Part shown: one piece after another, positions 1-12,925 of the stretch | How positions within the stretch are numbered: the first letter of the stretch is position 1 | How the letters are laid out: each line of letters begins with the position of its first letter | Assembly (NCBI GenBank): GCA_050230475.1 | Contig: JBFLGF010000006.1 | Span: 62,001-126,000, forward strand | Reading direction: 5' to 3' | Length of the DNA stretch: 64,000 nt | Source of the DNA: Ancylonema sp. | Taxonomy: Eukaryota | Translations under genes and position numbers: made by a program | Notes under the pieces: model-generated | What the model was told of the DNA's origin: nothing | The model's database searches: none | Seen by the model: only the letters and a program-made list of their open reading frames with translations

Positions 1-3000
1 CATAAATAAGCAATAAAAACGTCAAATTATGTGACTCAACATATACTTGGACCAGAACATGTATACAAAAACTTTCCAGCACAAGAGTAAGAGCTTGAAA
101 AAAAAAAAAAAAAAAAAAAACTAGCCGCATGGAAAACTACATAAGGCAAGGATCATGTATGGGCCCGTATGCAAACGGCTGTATGCAAACGGCAGCCACG
201 TATTGGTGCAACTATGGGCCTACTAATCCCTACCGATCCCTACCTATCCCTACCGGTTCCTCCCTACCGCCCTACCCCCTACCAAGCCAACCGCGGTTGG
301 GCTAAATTCCCTACCGCATATTTGGGCATCGGTAGCTACCGCGGCAGCTAACGCGGTAGGACGGTAGGGAGTAGGGCGGTAGGGCGGTGTCGACAACCCT
401 AACCCCATCTATGTTCGGACTTGAGGGCCCACCCAATGCCCTCCCAGCCGCCGATTCCCGGTGGCCGATCTTTGTTTTGTGATCACCGTCAGCCCACTGT
501 CCAACCAATATCCATCCCGCCGTGGCATTCGAAGTTCGAAAGTCTAAATTGGACGGTGGGGTAGCGGCTGGGCGGCTGGTCAGGAAATGTGGGTGTTGGC
601 GTTTTTTTGGAAGTTCAACCCGCATGTGGGGACCATTCAGTGCTCATCGTGTGTGGTGGACACGTGGTAGTAATTACTACCACGAACATTATAAAAATGA
701 ACAGGATTGTTATGTTTCTCCGCAAGTCATCTACTCAACTCCACAATTTGGTTATCGTAGTTGAGCAAAAGTATTGCGTATTGTGGGACACAACGAGCAC
801 AATAGTGAATTGCAATATGGTTTTACATTTTCAAAAACCTTTCAGCAATCAACGGCGGTGTGGATTTCTCACGTGAATGCACATTCAAACAATGTCATAG
901 GCATGCGCACAATACACAACAAATTGCTTGTAACCAAATCTAGTGATTATCGAATCTAACGGGTGTCGAAACGCCATTTGTTAATTTAAGGTCGATGATA
1001 TCCTTGAAATCGTCTGTATCGGCAATTTCATGCTCAAATATTTCAATCGTAATTTACATTTACGGTGTAAATAATATACATTACTAGTAAGTGTAATTTA
1101 CCCCTGTCTTACACCTCACGTTAGACCGATGGTTATTTACACAAAGTTATCATGGTAAATTACGTAACGCGTCAAATCACTGTAATTACTACATTTATCC
1201 CAAAAATACGGCAATCTCACAACCCTAGTCCTAACACTACCCACCCCACAAATTGCGGCGGGCAGTGTTGGGGGTAGAAGAGCTAAGGTTGGACTTAGAG
1301 TTGGGGAAAGAAATGAGGGTTGGGCTCATCGCAGAGGGTAAAAACAAGTTGAGCCGACTGAAATATGACTCCCAAAATGGTGAAGGATATTCCGAAAGTA
1401 ATCACACTAGGGAACCTATAATGTGACAATCCACTTCTTTACTATCGTCAATTTTATTAAACCAGCATCGAAATCAACACATTCACAATAATGACACTAC
1501 TGGAAATATTATAATATTGAAGAGAGTACATGAGTTACTAGAGGTGCTTGAATTTCAAGCCTTGAAGGGGACCCCTTCATAGTCTATATGCTAGTCTAGG
1601 TCAAAGCAAAAATGATCCCTGGTGGGATAAAATACGAACAATTCGATAAAACAGAAAACACAAGTCTAAGTTTGCTATGAAGGCAACTATAAGGATCAAG
1701 GACTCGAAATCGGACGGGATGCCAAATTGAATTAGGCACTCGACAATTGGAATAAAATGAAATTAGGAACTCGTTCTAACGGAACTAATTCGATATGAGC
1801 ACACTAGGGCTAGTAGCGCTAGGGCACAACACTCTTTAGAGAAACCTTAGTGACATTAGGAGGAGTCATAAGAAAATGAGCGAAAATGCGCTAGTTAATA
1901 CAAAATTGTTCCTACTCACACTCATTTGCACGCAAAGTGATCATAAACGATTTGGATGGTGCAGGTCCCATGAAGCAATGTTGGGGTGAGCATGAGAGCA
2001 CCAAGCGCGCGAAGAGCGATTTGAGATCATGTGATCGGCGACTCCAACCTTTTCAAAGTATTTTGTACGCTCGTGGGTCATGACGATCTTAAAACCGTTC
2101 TTGCGCTCATGCACTTACATGTGCACGATCTGCATCCATGCATTTCTTGGTCCCAACTCGGCACACAGGGGTAAGTCCCCTCCAACGACAACCCCTCACG
2201 TAGCTAGACGTGACCCACTTCCGTCAAACCTCAATACCAGAAGTGAAGCGGGTTGTTGAAGTTATATAGATTATGAGTTATAGTGGAATTTAGTATAAAG
2301 GATCTTAAGATTTCTTTGTAGTGCAAGAACGTAACCAATATATTAAGGGCTGCTATTTGAGATTTGATTGTGTGGTCATACTTCTTTAGCATCCCACTTT
2401 TTTTTTTATTTTAATAGTGCTTTGTGAAGGTTGTGCTCTCAATTCGTGCGGGAATCAAGCCGAGTTGTGCTTCGTTCTCCTTCGTTGGGGTTGTGCTTTC
2501 TTGCATTTCTTGAGTTGTCCCCAATCCGAACATTCCGAATGGGTCCGATCTGATCCCGTCGGGTCAACCCGATCCGAATCGCAATCAGATATCAAACGTG
2601 TTGAACAAGTGAAAGAGCTTAGAAAAGATAAAAAAAAATGTAAGGGGTCAAATAAACTGACTCTGTTTCCAATTGCACATGATCTGAAATTTCCGAGCCG
2701 GAACACGTACATGCACAACATTTGGTGCAATATGACCAATCTATCAAATATGACCAATTTTGGTGCACATTTTTACCTTCATTAGAATCACGACCGTAGT
2801 TTACGTCTCAGTAAAATTGCGCTTTAAGCGATGTGTATCTAACACACATGATTGTCGGTGTAGATTTGCGTCTAGGACTTTTGTCGGCCAATTAGCTTAG
2901 GTCTAGTCGGCCAATTAGCTTGAGTTAAGTCGGCATACAACCAAAATAACCGCATCGACTCAAATCGATCAAACTGTACTATTTCTAGCATGGATAGGTT

Positions 3001-3850
3001 GAGGCCGGTGGTCATCCTAGTGCTAACCGGTATTTACGCACCCGTAAATACGGTTATTTACGTTTGTAACGAACAAATATTTGTTGTAGTAACACTTGGC
3101 TCGGTTTAGTCCGCACACGGGAAGCTTGACACGGGCAAGCAATCGTCGTGGGGAAACAATGCGTAAACAAATATTGTAGGCAATGAGGAGATAAAATTGA
3201 TAATAATGTGTGTGGCATACATTTAATCTTGTGGAGGTTACGAATGAGCGTGTTGCGTGGGTTCGGGCGACACCAGAGGATCATGTACCGATAATGTAAT
3301 AGTCCCTCTATCACTGAATATCAACATTGAAGCTCGACATTTTGGTGAAAGATAAAAATCAGCGTTTGTCCCTATCTCTGTTGCGCAAGACTCGTTCCCG
3401 GATACCCACACCCATACTTCGCGTAGAGATTTCCACCCCCCCCCCTCCAATTAGCTTGGTTGTGGTCGGACGATTTTCGATCCTGTCGGAGCCAGAAAAG
3501 CCCGGCAAACTTCACCGGTGTACGAAAACATCGAACTCCGCCTCAACAAAGGTGCAAGATGTAACCGGAAAAGCCCCTGAAGAATCAATTCCTCGTTGAA
3601 GGAATTACCAATGTGCATCGGAGTCTTTCTTGTCTAGTCCGATTCACTTATTTGAGCCTCTTTGCTTCGTGGGTGCTGCCGACGTGTTCTCACGGGACGA
3701 GATGTCCAACAATGCGACCATTTGCGAACCTACCGGACACTCTACTTTTGCATGCTTTGACTTTGAACCCATTGTGGCCTGCATACAAACTTATATAACG
3801 CAATGGGAAGTTTTGGCCTCTTAGGGCTAAACACTTGGCTACCAACCAAC

Positions 3851-6701
3851 TCATAACCGGCTTGTGGGTCTAGCTTGTAATGTCCCTAGCTCGGCCGCTC
3901 TTTTCCTGAGTACATATTTCTGCATCTTCCCCGTCCCCGTTTTTGGCAGTGGCCCAAAGACGACCGTTTTCGGCACCATATATCTCGCCAACTCGCCTCT
4001 ACAAAAGTCCACGATTTCCTCGGCGCTCACCGAACCCTCTTCCACGTCTTCTTTCAAAGCCACGAACGCGCACGGGCTCTCCCCCCACGTCTCATCGGGC
4101 CGCGCCACCACCGCAGCCTCCATGACCATCGGATGTTTGTACAACACGCTCTCCACTTCTATGGAGCTGATATTCTCCCCCCCGGAAATAATGATGTCTT
4201 TCGACCTGTCTTTGATTTCCAGATACCCGTCCGGGTGCATGACCGCCAAATCCCCCGTCCGGAAATACCCGCCCCGGAATGCCTCCTCCGTAGCCCTCTC
4301 GTTTTTCAGGTACCCCTTCATGACAGTGCACCCTCTCACCATGATCTCCCCCATCGTCTTCCCGTCCCTCGGCACGTCCATCAAAGTATCTGGATCACAT
4401 ACCTTCGTTCTCCCCAACCCCAAATGGCGCACCCCTTGCCTCGCCTTCAACCTCGCCCTTTCCGCCAACGGCATTCCATCCCATTCCTCCTTCCACTCGC
4501 ACACGATCGCGGGCCCGAACGTTTCCGTGAGCCCGTACGAGTGCGTCACAACGAACCCGGCTTGCTCCATCTTGCCGATGACCGGCGCGGGCGGGGGCGC
4601 CCCCCCGGTCAACACCTTCACCCTCTGCGAAAACGACCTCCTCTCCCCCTCCCCTGCGTTCGCGATCATGTTGAGCACCACGGGCGCCCCGCAAACGAGC
4701 CCCACTCCGTGCCTGTGTACGGAATCGTACACCCCCCCGGCAGTAACCGTCTTGAGACACACGTTGGTCCCCCCCAGGGCCGCGATCACCCACGGGAAGC
4801 ACCACCCGTTGCAGTGGAACATGGGTAGCGTCCACGTCATAACCGTACCCGCCCCCAACTCCATCATCACGATGGTCGTCAGCGTGTTCACGTACGCCCC
4901 CCGGTGGTGGTACACGACCCCCTTGGGATCCGCGGTGGTGCCCGAGGTGTAGTTGAGGGAGATTGCGTTCCATTCGTCGGTTGGGGGGGGGGGGTCGAAT
5001 TCTGGGTCTCCTTCTTTGAGAAGCTGTTCGTATTCTATGGGGGGAGGTGCATTAGGGTGGGAGAAGGAGGGTGGGTGGGGGGGGCGGAGAGGGTCTTGGG
5101 GGTCGTCGATGAGGACTACGAGAGGGGGCTTGAAGTGCTCCTGAGCATAACATAAAAGATGCGGTACGTTGACACCTCTGGAAACCTTGATGTGGTGAGA
5201 GTGTTACTATCACAATCTCGTTTTGCAATTTTTTTCGCTACTTTTCCCAACATTTGATACATTCTTATTACTATGGAGTTCCACTCGGATAAATTGAAAT
5301 ACTATTGATTTAATGTTCATTATCACTTTATCGAGGTAGCCTGTGTGTACAAGCACACCCAACTCGACACAAAAGGTCCACAAGTAAGGATGAATGCAAG
5401 TCGAAGTCCAAATGTAACCCGATCAAATCTGAGTTACCACAATCTGCTTATAGATTGACTTTTCTGGCATCATCTTGTGAGCAACATGCACCCAATAATG
5501 GCCTCTCGCAAGACAAGGACCACGCAAGTAACAAATACCATAACTCATGACCAGCCTATCTCATCCATGCAGCAAAGTTGATGTCGAGTGTGACTCGAGG
5601 TGGAGGTTGACCCCTCCCCCTTCTCCACCGTAAAAAGAAACAGTGACATATAGCGCCACATCATGCCATGTCCCCTCCCATCCCCTACAATTATTTGGAC
5701 GCCTTAGGTCATCGCTATCCAAATGACCACTGCATGGACGACTAGTCGCAGTCTCCCGGTTGACCATGCATCCTAAGACTTCTAAGGAAGTAAAACAATC
5801 TCCCTCCACCTCGCATGCATGCCTTGTACGTTTGAAATCACTCTAACTTCCGACCGACCCTTCGCCCTAAAACACATCCACTTCCCACCTCCTTACATCG
5901 AATTCTTGGACTTGTTTGAGGGCCTGCTGCACCAACCGCGCCAACGTGACCTCCACCATCACCACTTTGGCTTCTCCATGCGTAAGGATTCGTGAGATAT
6001 AACGGGCATCGAGTCTCGTATTCACTGTGTTTAGGACGCCTCCTGCCATGGGGACTCCAAAATGGCTCTCGTATATGGCGGGTATATTCGGAGAGACAAC
6101 GGCCACCTGAATGGGACCCCGAAAATTTGACGTGTGTAAACCAATGTGATGATTGTGATAATCAGTGATAATCAGTGATAATCAGTGATAATTAATGATA
6201 ATAAGTGATAATTAGTGATAATTAGTGTCGCTGGGTCGGATGCGTGCGTGTGGCTGGAAGAGTGCTGACTACTCTCATATAATCTGAGAGTTCTGGATAA
6301 AAGGTACAGGGCAGAACCAGAGCCCAGGTACGACGACCCTGGGAGCAGAACCAGATGTCGCATTGTACGCTCTCTGATGAGTTATGACGAGGGAACGCAC
6401 ACAGGGGGTCTGATCTCGAACTGATCATAAAAATCATAATTGACTTGGCCGCCAGCATAATGGTTGATATGTCACGTACTGTGTCATTTGTTTGCAGGCC
6501 GCGGCGGATGAGCGCGGACGCAAGCTGCTTGCAACGGGCATACGTTTGAGACCACGTGAATTTTTGAGAACCGTAAATGAGAGAGGCGCGGTGTGGGTGT
6601 GCTTCGGCAGCCCTTTCCAAAAAGGTGATCGGTGTGAGAGCGCCATAATTTGCCTCGTTTCGTTCCAATCCGACATCATAGATACTACGACCGGCAGACA
6701 T
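3851..6701 (-). CDS. Acyl-activating enzyme (AMP-binding acyl-CoA synthetase, plant AAE clade I-like), peroxisomal, ~573 aa
   Basis: Three GT-AG, phase-0 exons join in frame: 6701-6480, 6106-5897, 5140-3851. Motifs: ANYGALTPITFLERAA, AMP-binding LNYTSGTTADPKGV, HSYGLTET, FRTGDLAV, DRSKDIIISGGENISS, LPKTGTGK. The C-terminal SRL is a PTS1 signal. Confidence 0.93.
6157..6227 (+). repeat. 10-bp minisatellite (GATAATCAGT-like, ~7 copies) in AAE intron 1
   Basis: Directly visible: gataatcagt gataatcagt gataatcagt gataattaat gataataagt gataattagt gataattagt. Confidence 0.85.
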
Positions 6702-7303
6702 GGAGAAAAAAAATCAAATCTCAACAGCCTTGAAACTCCGCTTGAACATTTGATTGAGCTAAAACTTCGTACTCCGTTACTCAGGCATTATACACCTCGT
6801 GTCCTGTAGAACGACAACAAAATCACATGTTCCTCCTCGTCAAGGACATTCTTAAGGGCCCTTAATATTGCATCGCAGCATCCCAAATTCGTAGGCCTAC
6901 TAGGTCTTTCTGCACAGTCTTGGTTCCAGGATGTAGTTGACAGAGTCTCAAACAGAGTCTGAGCAGAGAATGCTGATGGTTGGACTCCAGACTGAAGCTG
7001 AAGGGTGGCAGAAACAGCGAGAATCTCGCAACCATTGCGGTCGGGGGTCAGCCAGGCGAACGGGAGTCGGCTTCCGGCTTGCGGCTCGTCTCAAAGCCGC
7101 CCGGAAGGGCCAGCAATTACAGTGCGGGAGCGATCGGGGACGGTCGCGTGGCGGTAGGTAAATCGGCCACCGCATGGTTGGTGCGGGAGTTCGTGAACTT
7201 CGCGGTGAGCAACACAAACGTACAGCTGTACGGTAGGAGTCAAGGAAAGAAGCCGTACATTTTGGGAGACGTGGTTGCAACAGTGTTCGGGTTTACGCGT
7301 GTC

Positions 7304-9038
7304 ATGTACCCGTGGCAGACGCCGTACTCCGCGCCTGCCACCTTCGGAAAGAGCACGGAAAGCGGAGCCTCCCCCCCTTCCCTGTAAGCAAACTCCCTCT
7401 CTAACTCTCACTTCACATACAAGATATCATCGTGTGTGACTTGTTTAGACAATCATCGTCTGTCTACCAACTATTCACTAGTGATTCTTCAGTTCGCCCT
7501 AAATTTTAGTCGGTACGCGGTGCAGGGCGTCTGCATCAAACACCATGGGCTCTACTTCACCTGAGCAGCAAGTGACTATTGCTGCTGGCTGTTTCTGGGG
7601 CGTCGAGCTAGCATTTCAGAGAGTTCAGAACGTCACAAAGGTAGATTCTGAAAACCCCTCATATTGTAACCTTGTGACCTGGAAAATCCAGTTGTGGGTG
7701 CTGTTTGAAAGAAATCACTGATAAGAGTCATGTGTGTCTAGTCCTCATCAATTCGAATATCATATTGATGAAATCAAACCGCGGTTAAACTTATCGGACT
7801 ACAAAGCTTAGACTAGAAAGCTGTAGATTTCGAAAGTACTTGCAATGTTGACTCTTCCAGGGTCGTATCACAGCCGTCCGATCTAATATGAACGCTGCAC
7901 GTGTCGAGTTGCAGACAAGTGTCGGGTACACCCAGGGCCACGTGGCCAATCCTTCGTATGAGCAGGTTTGCACAGGCACCACCGGCCACACGGAGGCAGT
8001 GCAGATCACCTACATCCCGGACGGGAACACCTTCGAAAAGATTCTGGACGTGTTTTTCCAACGCCACGATCCTACCTTGATAAACCGCCAGGCAAGCGAA
8101 CGATCCCTTTTTTTCTTTACTTCTCCCCCCCCCCCTATTTATTTGCCCCTGTCCAGGTATTCAGAACATTCAGACATAATTTTTTGATGGTTTATTCACT
8201 CAGATTGACTTTGGGGCTGCAGATGTTGGCTCTGGATGGAAGCGGGAACCATCTTTCTACATGAATGCGTACAAATGCCACACATACTAATACATAGATG
8301 GAATGCTTCCTTTGTATGTGTCACACCATACTCGTAGGCAGTTTAATAGCCATTGACTATGATAAATACATAGGGTGCAAAAATAGGGAAGCAGCGGCCT
8401 TGCTCTTATCGAATCGAAACACAATCTTTTGTTATTGTCATCTGGAGCTGTGTGTTGACGCTGGTTGTTGGCATGTTTTCGGGAATTATGAATTATGAAT
8501 TATTTCTGTGAATTATTTTCCCTTCAGTCATAATGAGTAGTCTTCCCTCCACTGGACTGGTCTCAGACTTGAATATCAGACTGTTATTAGATTCCACCAA
8601 TTAGGGAGATTAACATTACAAACTTATTGTAAGACAATTTCATATTTTGAATTTCTCCTCTTTCTTTTGATGGCAAGGAAAAAACAGTTATGATTCGTAC
8701 ACTGCAGAGATTGTTCCCGCACGAAATCTGTTCTTGTATGAAGTCTGCAGAGAGAGCTGCTAATGAACTCTTCTTTTGTGCTGCAGGGGAATGATTCCGG
8801 GACGCAGTACCGAGCGGGTCTTTACTATCACAGTCCCCAACAAGAGGCGGTGGCTCGGGCATATTTCGAGAAGCAGCAGCCAAAGTACGCCAAAAAGATA
8901 CTGACAGAGCTGAAGCCAGCCACCACATTTTATCCCGCAGAAGAGTATCATCAGCAATATCTTGAGAGAGGGGGTAGGAATGGGCGAAAGCAGTCAGCAA
9001 AGAAGCTGTGCAACGACCCAATCAGATGCTATGGTTAA
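7304..9038 (+). CDS. MSRA: Peptide methionine sulfoxide reductase A
   Basis: Exons 7526-7640 ([15 protein letters not shown]), 7915-8091 ([28 protein letters not shown]) and 8787-9038 ([30 protein letters not shown]). An upstream exon ending at 7383 (CT|gtaagc) splices in frame. The start is uncertain: ATG 7304, ATG 7545, or further upstream. Confidence 0.92.
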
Positions 9039-9949
9039 AGCTTGGAGTTGTTCAGGAACATGTTCTTAACTCGAACATGTGCAGGTGTTGTTGGGCTGTT
9101 GTATAGATTGTGTGGTACTATAAGGATGCCTCGCTGACGAGATTTGAGGCGGTAGGACTTATCAAGTGTAAAAAGTAGAAGGTGAGAGTTGCATAGCCAT
9201 AGACGCCCCTCTATCTCTTAGGGGCTCTGTTTTTTTTGCTACATTTGTTTATTTTGTTTTGAACTTTTTATCATTGTGTCCTGTTTGGGACTAGTACATG
9301 ACAAACACTTGCTAAATAGTTGTATTTGTGCCACGATAATCGTAAAGTTGATCATAAAGTTGGCATACAAGGTGTGGCGGGTCAATACTCCTTCCGACCG
9401 GAGTACATGTTGTTATGAGTTAAGGAGTAGGGCGTCACTGCAGTATCAATGAATACGTTGCTGAACGGAGTTCGCAAGGTCTGATAAAGAGGCATAAAAT
9501 TTATGTTTGACTCGAAAAAAAAAAAAAAAAAAAAAAAACGTACACGTTGATACCAATGAATAATTTTAGCCGACACACGATGAGTTGACACAACAAGTAT
9601 TGACAATTGGGGTAATACATTCAGATGAAGTATTGATACTCTAAAAAATCCTACTTGTTTGAAGACAAGCTAGTAGGGAGCAAGTTGTTTCAATTGGCTA
9701 TCATTTCAAAGTTACTTCTCATTTTATGCAACATAATCCGCCGTGAATGGGTTATGAGTAAAGAAGCACAGATTAGTCAAAGCACATGGATAAACATTCG
9801 CATCAGATTTGGGGACCCAAAAAAAAACATAGATACAACCGGAAGAAAGCTCTCCCACTTTCTTCCCCCTACAACCTTTTCTACCATCCTTTGGAGGAGA
9901 AGTTATCCCACCAATACTTCAACCATCACTTTCTAACACCCCCCACTCN

Positions 9950-12180
9950 ATCCTCAGCAAGCAGGCTGGTTGAAGGATGGGTACCGCCTTCCCAAGCTTG
10001 CATGTCTTTCACTGGAGTAGGACGCAGATGGTAATCGGGCGACCTCCAACCCTATTCGAATGTCTCCATAGATTCTCACTTGATGCCTGTATCCAGACCA
10101 GGCTTTCTTTTGAGTCAGAATGTCACATTGAATGAAACATTCACATAGACGTCCAGAGGGCACTTATGCGTAAAAGACATGATGCTGAGTATCGAGTGCC
10201 ATCGACTTGAAAGTATGGCCACGTCGGCAGTATCGAAATATGGACCGCTTGCTGTACATCATCAACCCTTGCTCGTCCTATCCGCAACATCCTCGTTGTT
10301 GTTCTGGCAGGCATCCTGTCAGCAACAGCAGCAGCCGCAACTTGGTCCCTCCAACTGTTTCCCCCCCCTCTTCGTCAATCTCTGTCCTCCTTCTCGAATG
10401 CGACGACATCTCCGAAGTCCTGAAGACAGTTGCAGAGAACATGACCTCTGAGGCGGGACCCAGCGGACAAACGCTTGGCGAACCCGGAACAGCATCCCTG
10501 AAACCAATCACCTTTGCCCTGACAGGCGAATGCCACATGGCAATGGCACGTGTCGTCCTCCTCCTCTACATGGCGCAGACTCTGGACTCCAATTTGCCTG
10601 CTGACGTGGACTTCTTCTGGGGCGTGTGGTGCGACATCGTTCTCACTCGCTCCCAACTGACACGTCTTCAGCGCATCATGAGAAAGTTCAGACACAGCGA
10701 CGCCTCGCTGCTGCAGCTGTGGGAAATCTCAGTCCCGAACGCGGAGCATCTGGAAACCCTGAAACGGGTTTGGCAGGTCTGGTGCGACACAGAAGTCCTT
10801 CCTCACGACGAAGTTTCACGTCCGCGCCAGGCGTGTATGTCTCGCTACGCCCTCAGGTTGGACCAGATCTCATCCGCCGAAGTCCACGGAGATTTCAGTA
10901 CGTATCGGTTTGACCAGGAAACAGCCGTGCGCGCAGCACTCCAGAACGAGTTCGTGCATACTGCAATGAATTTGGTTCTTCCTCGAGGGGAGCAGAAGTG
11001 CCCCGAGGAAGAGACGATTCGCAGAGAGATGGAGAGTTGGTACCAGACGGGGGTGACGCGGACCCCGTCTTCCAAAGATTCCGTCGCAAATCCCACGCTG
11101 CTCGATCCCAATTACGGCGCCTGGAACGTCCATGCGGAGGCTTGTCCGTTCCGCCCCTTCCTCCCTCTCTTCCATGTCTTCCAACAGAAGGCACTGGACG
11201 GTGCCAGGAGTAAGGAGAAGGGTCCGCTAGCAGACGCTTGTAAGGGCCAGCTGAAGGAGTATCTGAAATCGTTTTCTACATATTTCAGTACGGGAAAGTT
11301 GAAGTTTGAGGGGTGGGTGGGTAAACCGCTAGAGCTTGCTCTCTATCACCTTCCAAAACTGTTGGGGGAGGCAAAGGGGGAGAGGCAGGGGGTTGGGAAA
11401 CGAGAACGAGCGACGGAGCGGGCAGTTCTCAATTTTGATGTCATTAACACACAAAATCTGGTGGATAAGACTGGCGTCCTCAACCTGTTAGTCACCTGTG
11501 GCCCCTTCTGAAACGGTGAGATATTGTAGGAAGGACTTGAAGGCGAAGGTTTTTTAAATACCCTCGGATGACGTCTTTCTTGCATTTTGTTATCCTCGAC
11601 TACCTTCAAATCCTTCGACTTCCTTTTTGCTCCGCACATCTGCATACATGTGTCCAAATCCACTTCTGATGTATCATGCCAAGTCAGGATGACCATCAGC
11701 AATGGGAACCGCCTCTTCACTTCACTTCAAAAATATTCCTTCTTTGTGCGATGCACGGTACCAGTTCTACTATCCCCATCTTGCGCCCCATCAATCAACC
11801 TCCACCCTCTCTCTTCCCTATTTCCAGCACGTCTTCCTCCTGCCTCTACACCGCCACCAAGCACTGGCACCAAGTCATGCCCACAGTGAGGGCCTTCCTG
11901 GGAGTGTCCACCATGGTAGTACCCGAATCTCTTCCCACCATCCTTGGGCTACGCCTCTTCACTGAACTCGAGTATGGGGCCCTGGGAGCGGCCGCCATCT
12001 CCCCTGCCCACGTGGTCCACCTGCGCGCGGATCAGAGGGTGGAGAGCGTCCTCGAGTGGCGGGCGGCAGGGTTGGGGGGCTGGGAGCGCCAGCTGGCACC
12101 ATCCCTGGACGCCACCTTGCCAGATGGAAGCATCCCTGCACCAACGAGACTGTCTCTCCTGCCCTCCACCAGAAAAGAGG
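9950..12180 (+). pseudogene. DUF4470-like/MYND gene copy 1, truncated
   Basis: Exon 1 to 10030 (..GRRW|gtaatc), exon 2 10311-11515, exon 3 from 11828, colinear with copies 2 and 3. One C is missing in GGCCCCTTCTG (~11501-11510), causing a frameshift. Similarity stops at ~12180. The start codon position coincides with an N at 9949. Confidence 0.8.
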
Positions 12181-12843
12181 GCGGATCATTATTTGGTTAG
12201 GGGGGGAACGTTTTACACCGTTTCTGGCGATTTCCGAAAAGTATACTAAGACAAAGATTTTGAGGGGGGGAAAACAATAATCAATCTTTTCAACCATCGT
12301 GGATGGATTGTCAGTAAATAGCAGACACATCACCGTCGTCAAAGCACATTATTTCCCCGGAATGTGGCAACATCTCGCATGGCTCCATCTTATCCGTCGT
12401 CGAACATGTAACTAAAGGAATGAGAAAGTATGGGGAAAAAAAAAACAAACACACCAAATAACTCAAGACTCATTCAACCGAATTCCGACCGCCCCGACCA
12501 CCGTCCGACCGCCACCAGACCGTTCCGACAGCCAACCGCTTGCGATTTAGACTCGCGCATGCGGCGGCGGGGGTGGTCAAAGCGCGGTCGGATGGCGGGC
12601 GCCAGTCGGACGGTCGGAACGCGTGTTCACGGTCGGGTGGCGAAAACCCGAGCGGAAGGAGTTCTGATGAAATGGCTGCCGGCCGGCCGGCGGTCGGCGA
12701 GCGGCTGACCAGCGGTCGGCCGGCAGGTGCCCACTCTAGAAAGGCACGGCACGGAAAGTACATGACTCCATGCCATGACTTGTAATCCCAGGAAGCATCG
12801 TAGAACCAGGAAGCAGAAGACAACCGCACAGTTGCGTGTTGCA

Positions 12844-12925
12844 CAGTGGGTCCCCGAGCCGGAAAATATGCGCGCCGGCTCGGAGCTGGGCTCGCAAAAT
12901 CCGCGAGCGGAGCGGGACCCACAGG
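12844..12925 (+). mobile_element. GC-rich hairpin end, Helitron-like; similar to 18148-18204
   Basis: gcgcgccggctcggagctgggctcgcaaaatccgcgagcggagcgggacccac is nearly the same as the 18.15-kb copy and contains a GCTCGC/GCGAGC stem. Confidence 0.4.

Noticed and set aside
228..401. CCTACC/GGTAGG inverted-repeat cluster ending in ACAACCCTA
   Set aside because: It is probably a partial MITE end (similar TAGGGTTGT ends occur at ~1217-1227 and 13147), but no paired TIR or TSD could be established.
3864..4973. Long overlapping ORFs (362, 231 and 192 aa) across AAE exon 3
   Set aside because: These are antisense or alternate-frame shadows of a GC-rich coding exon and have no independent motifs.
6157..6227. 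CRISPR-like array (also considered for 56846-56926 and the 16.4-17.4 kb repeats)
   Set aside because: These are head-to-tail repeats without unique spacers, in a eukaryotic context with no cas genes.
7585..7602. Selenocysteine form of MsrA
   Set aside because: The catalytic motif is GCFWG with a TGT cysteine codon, not TGA.
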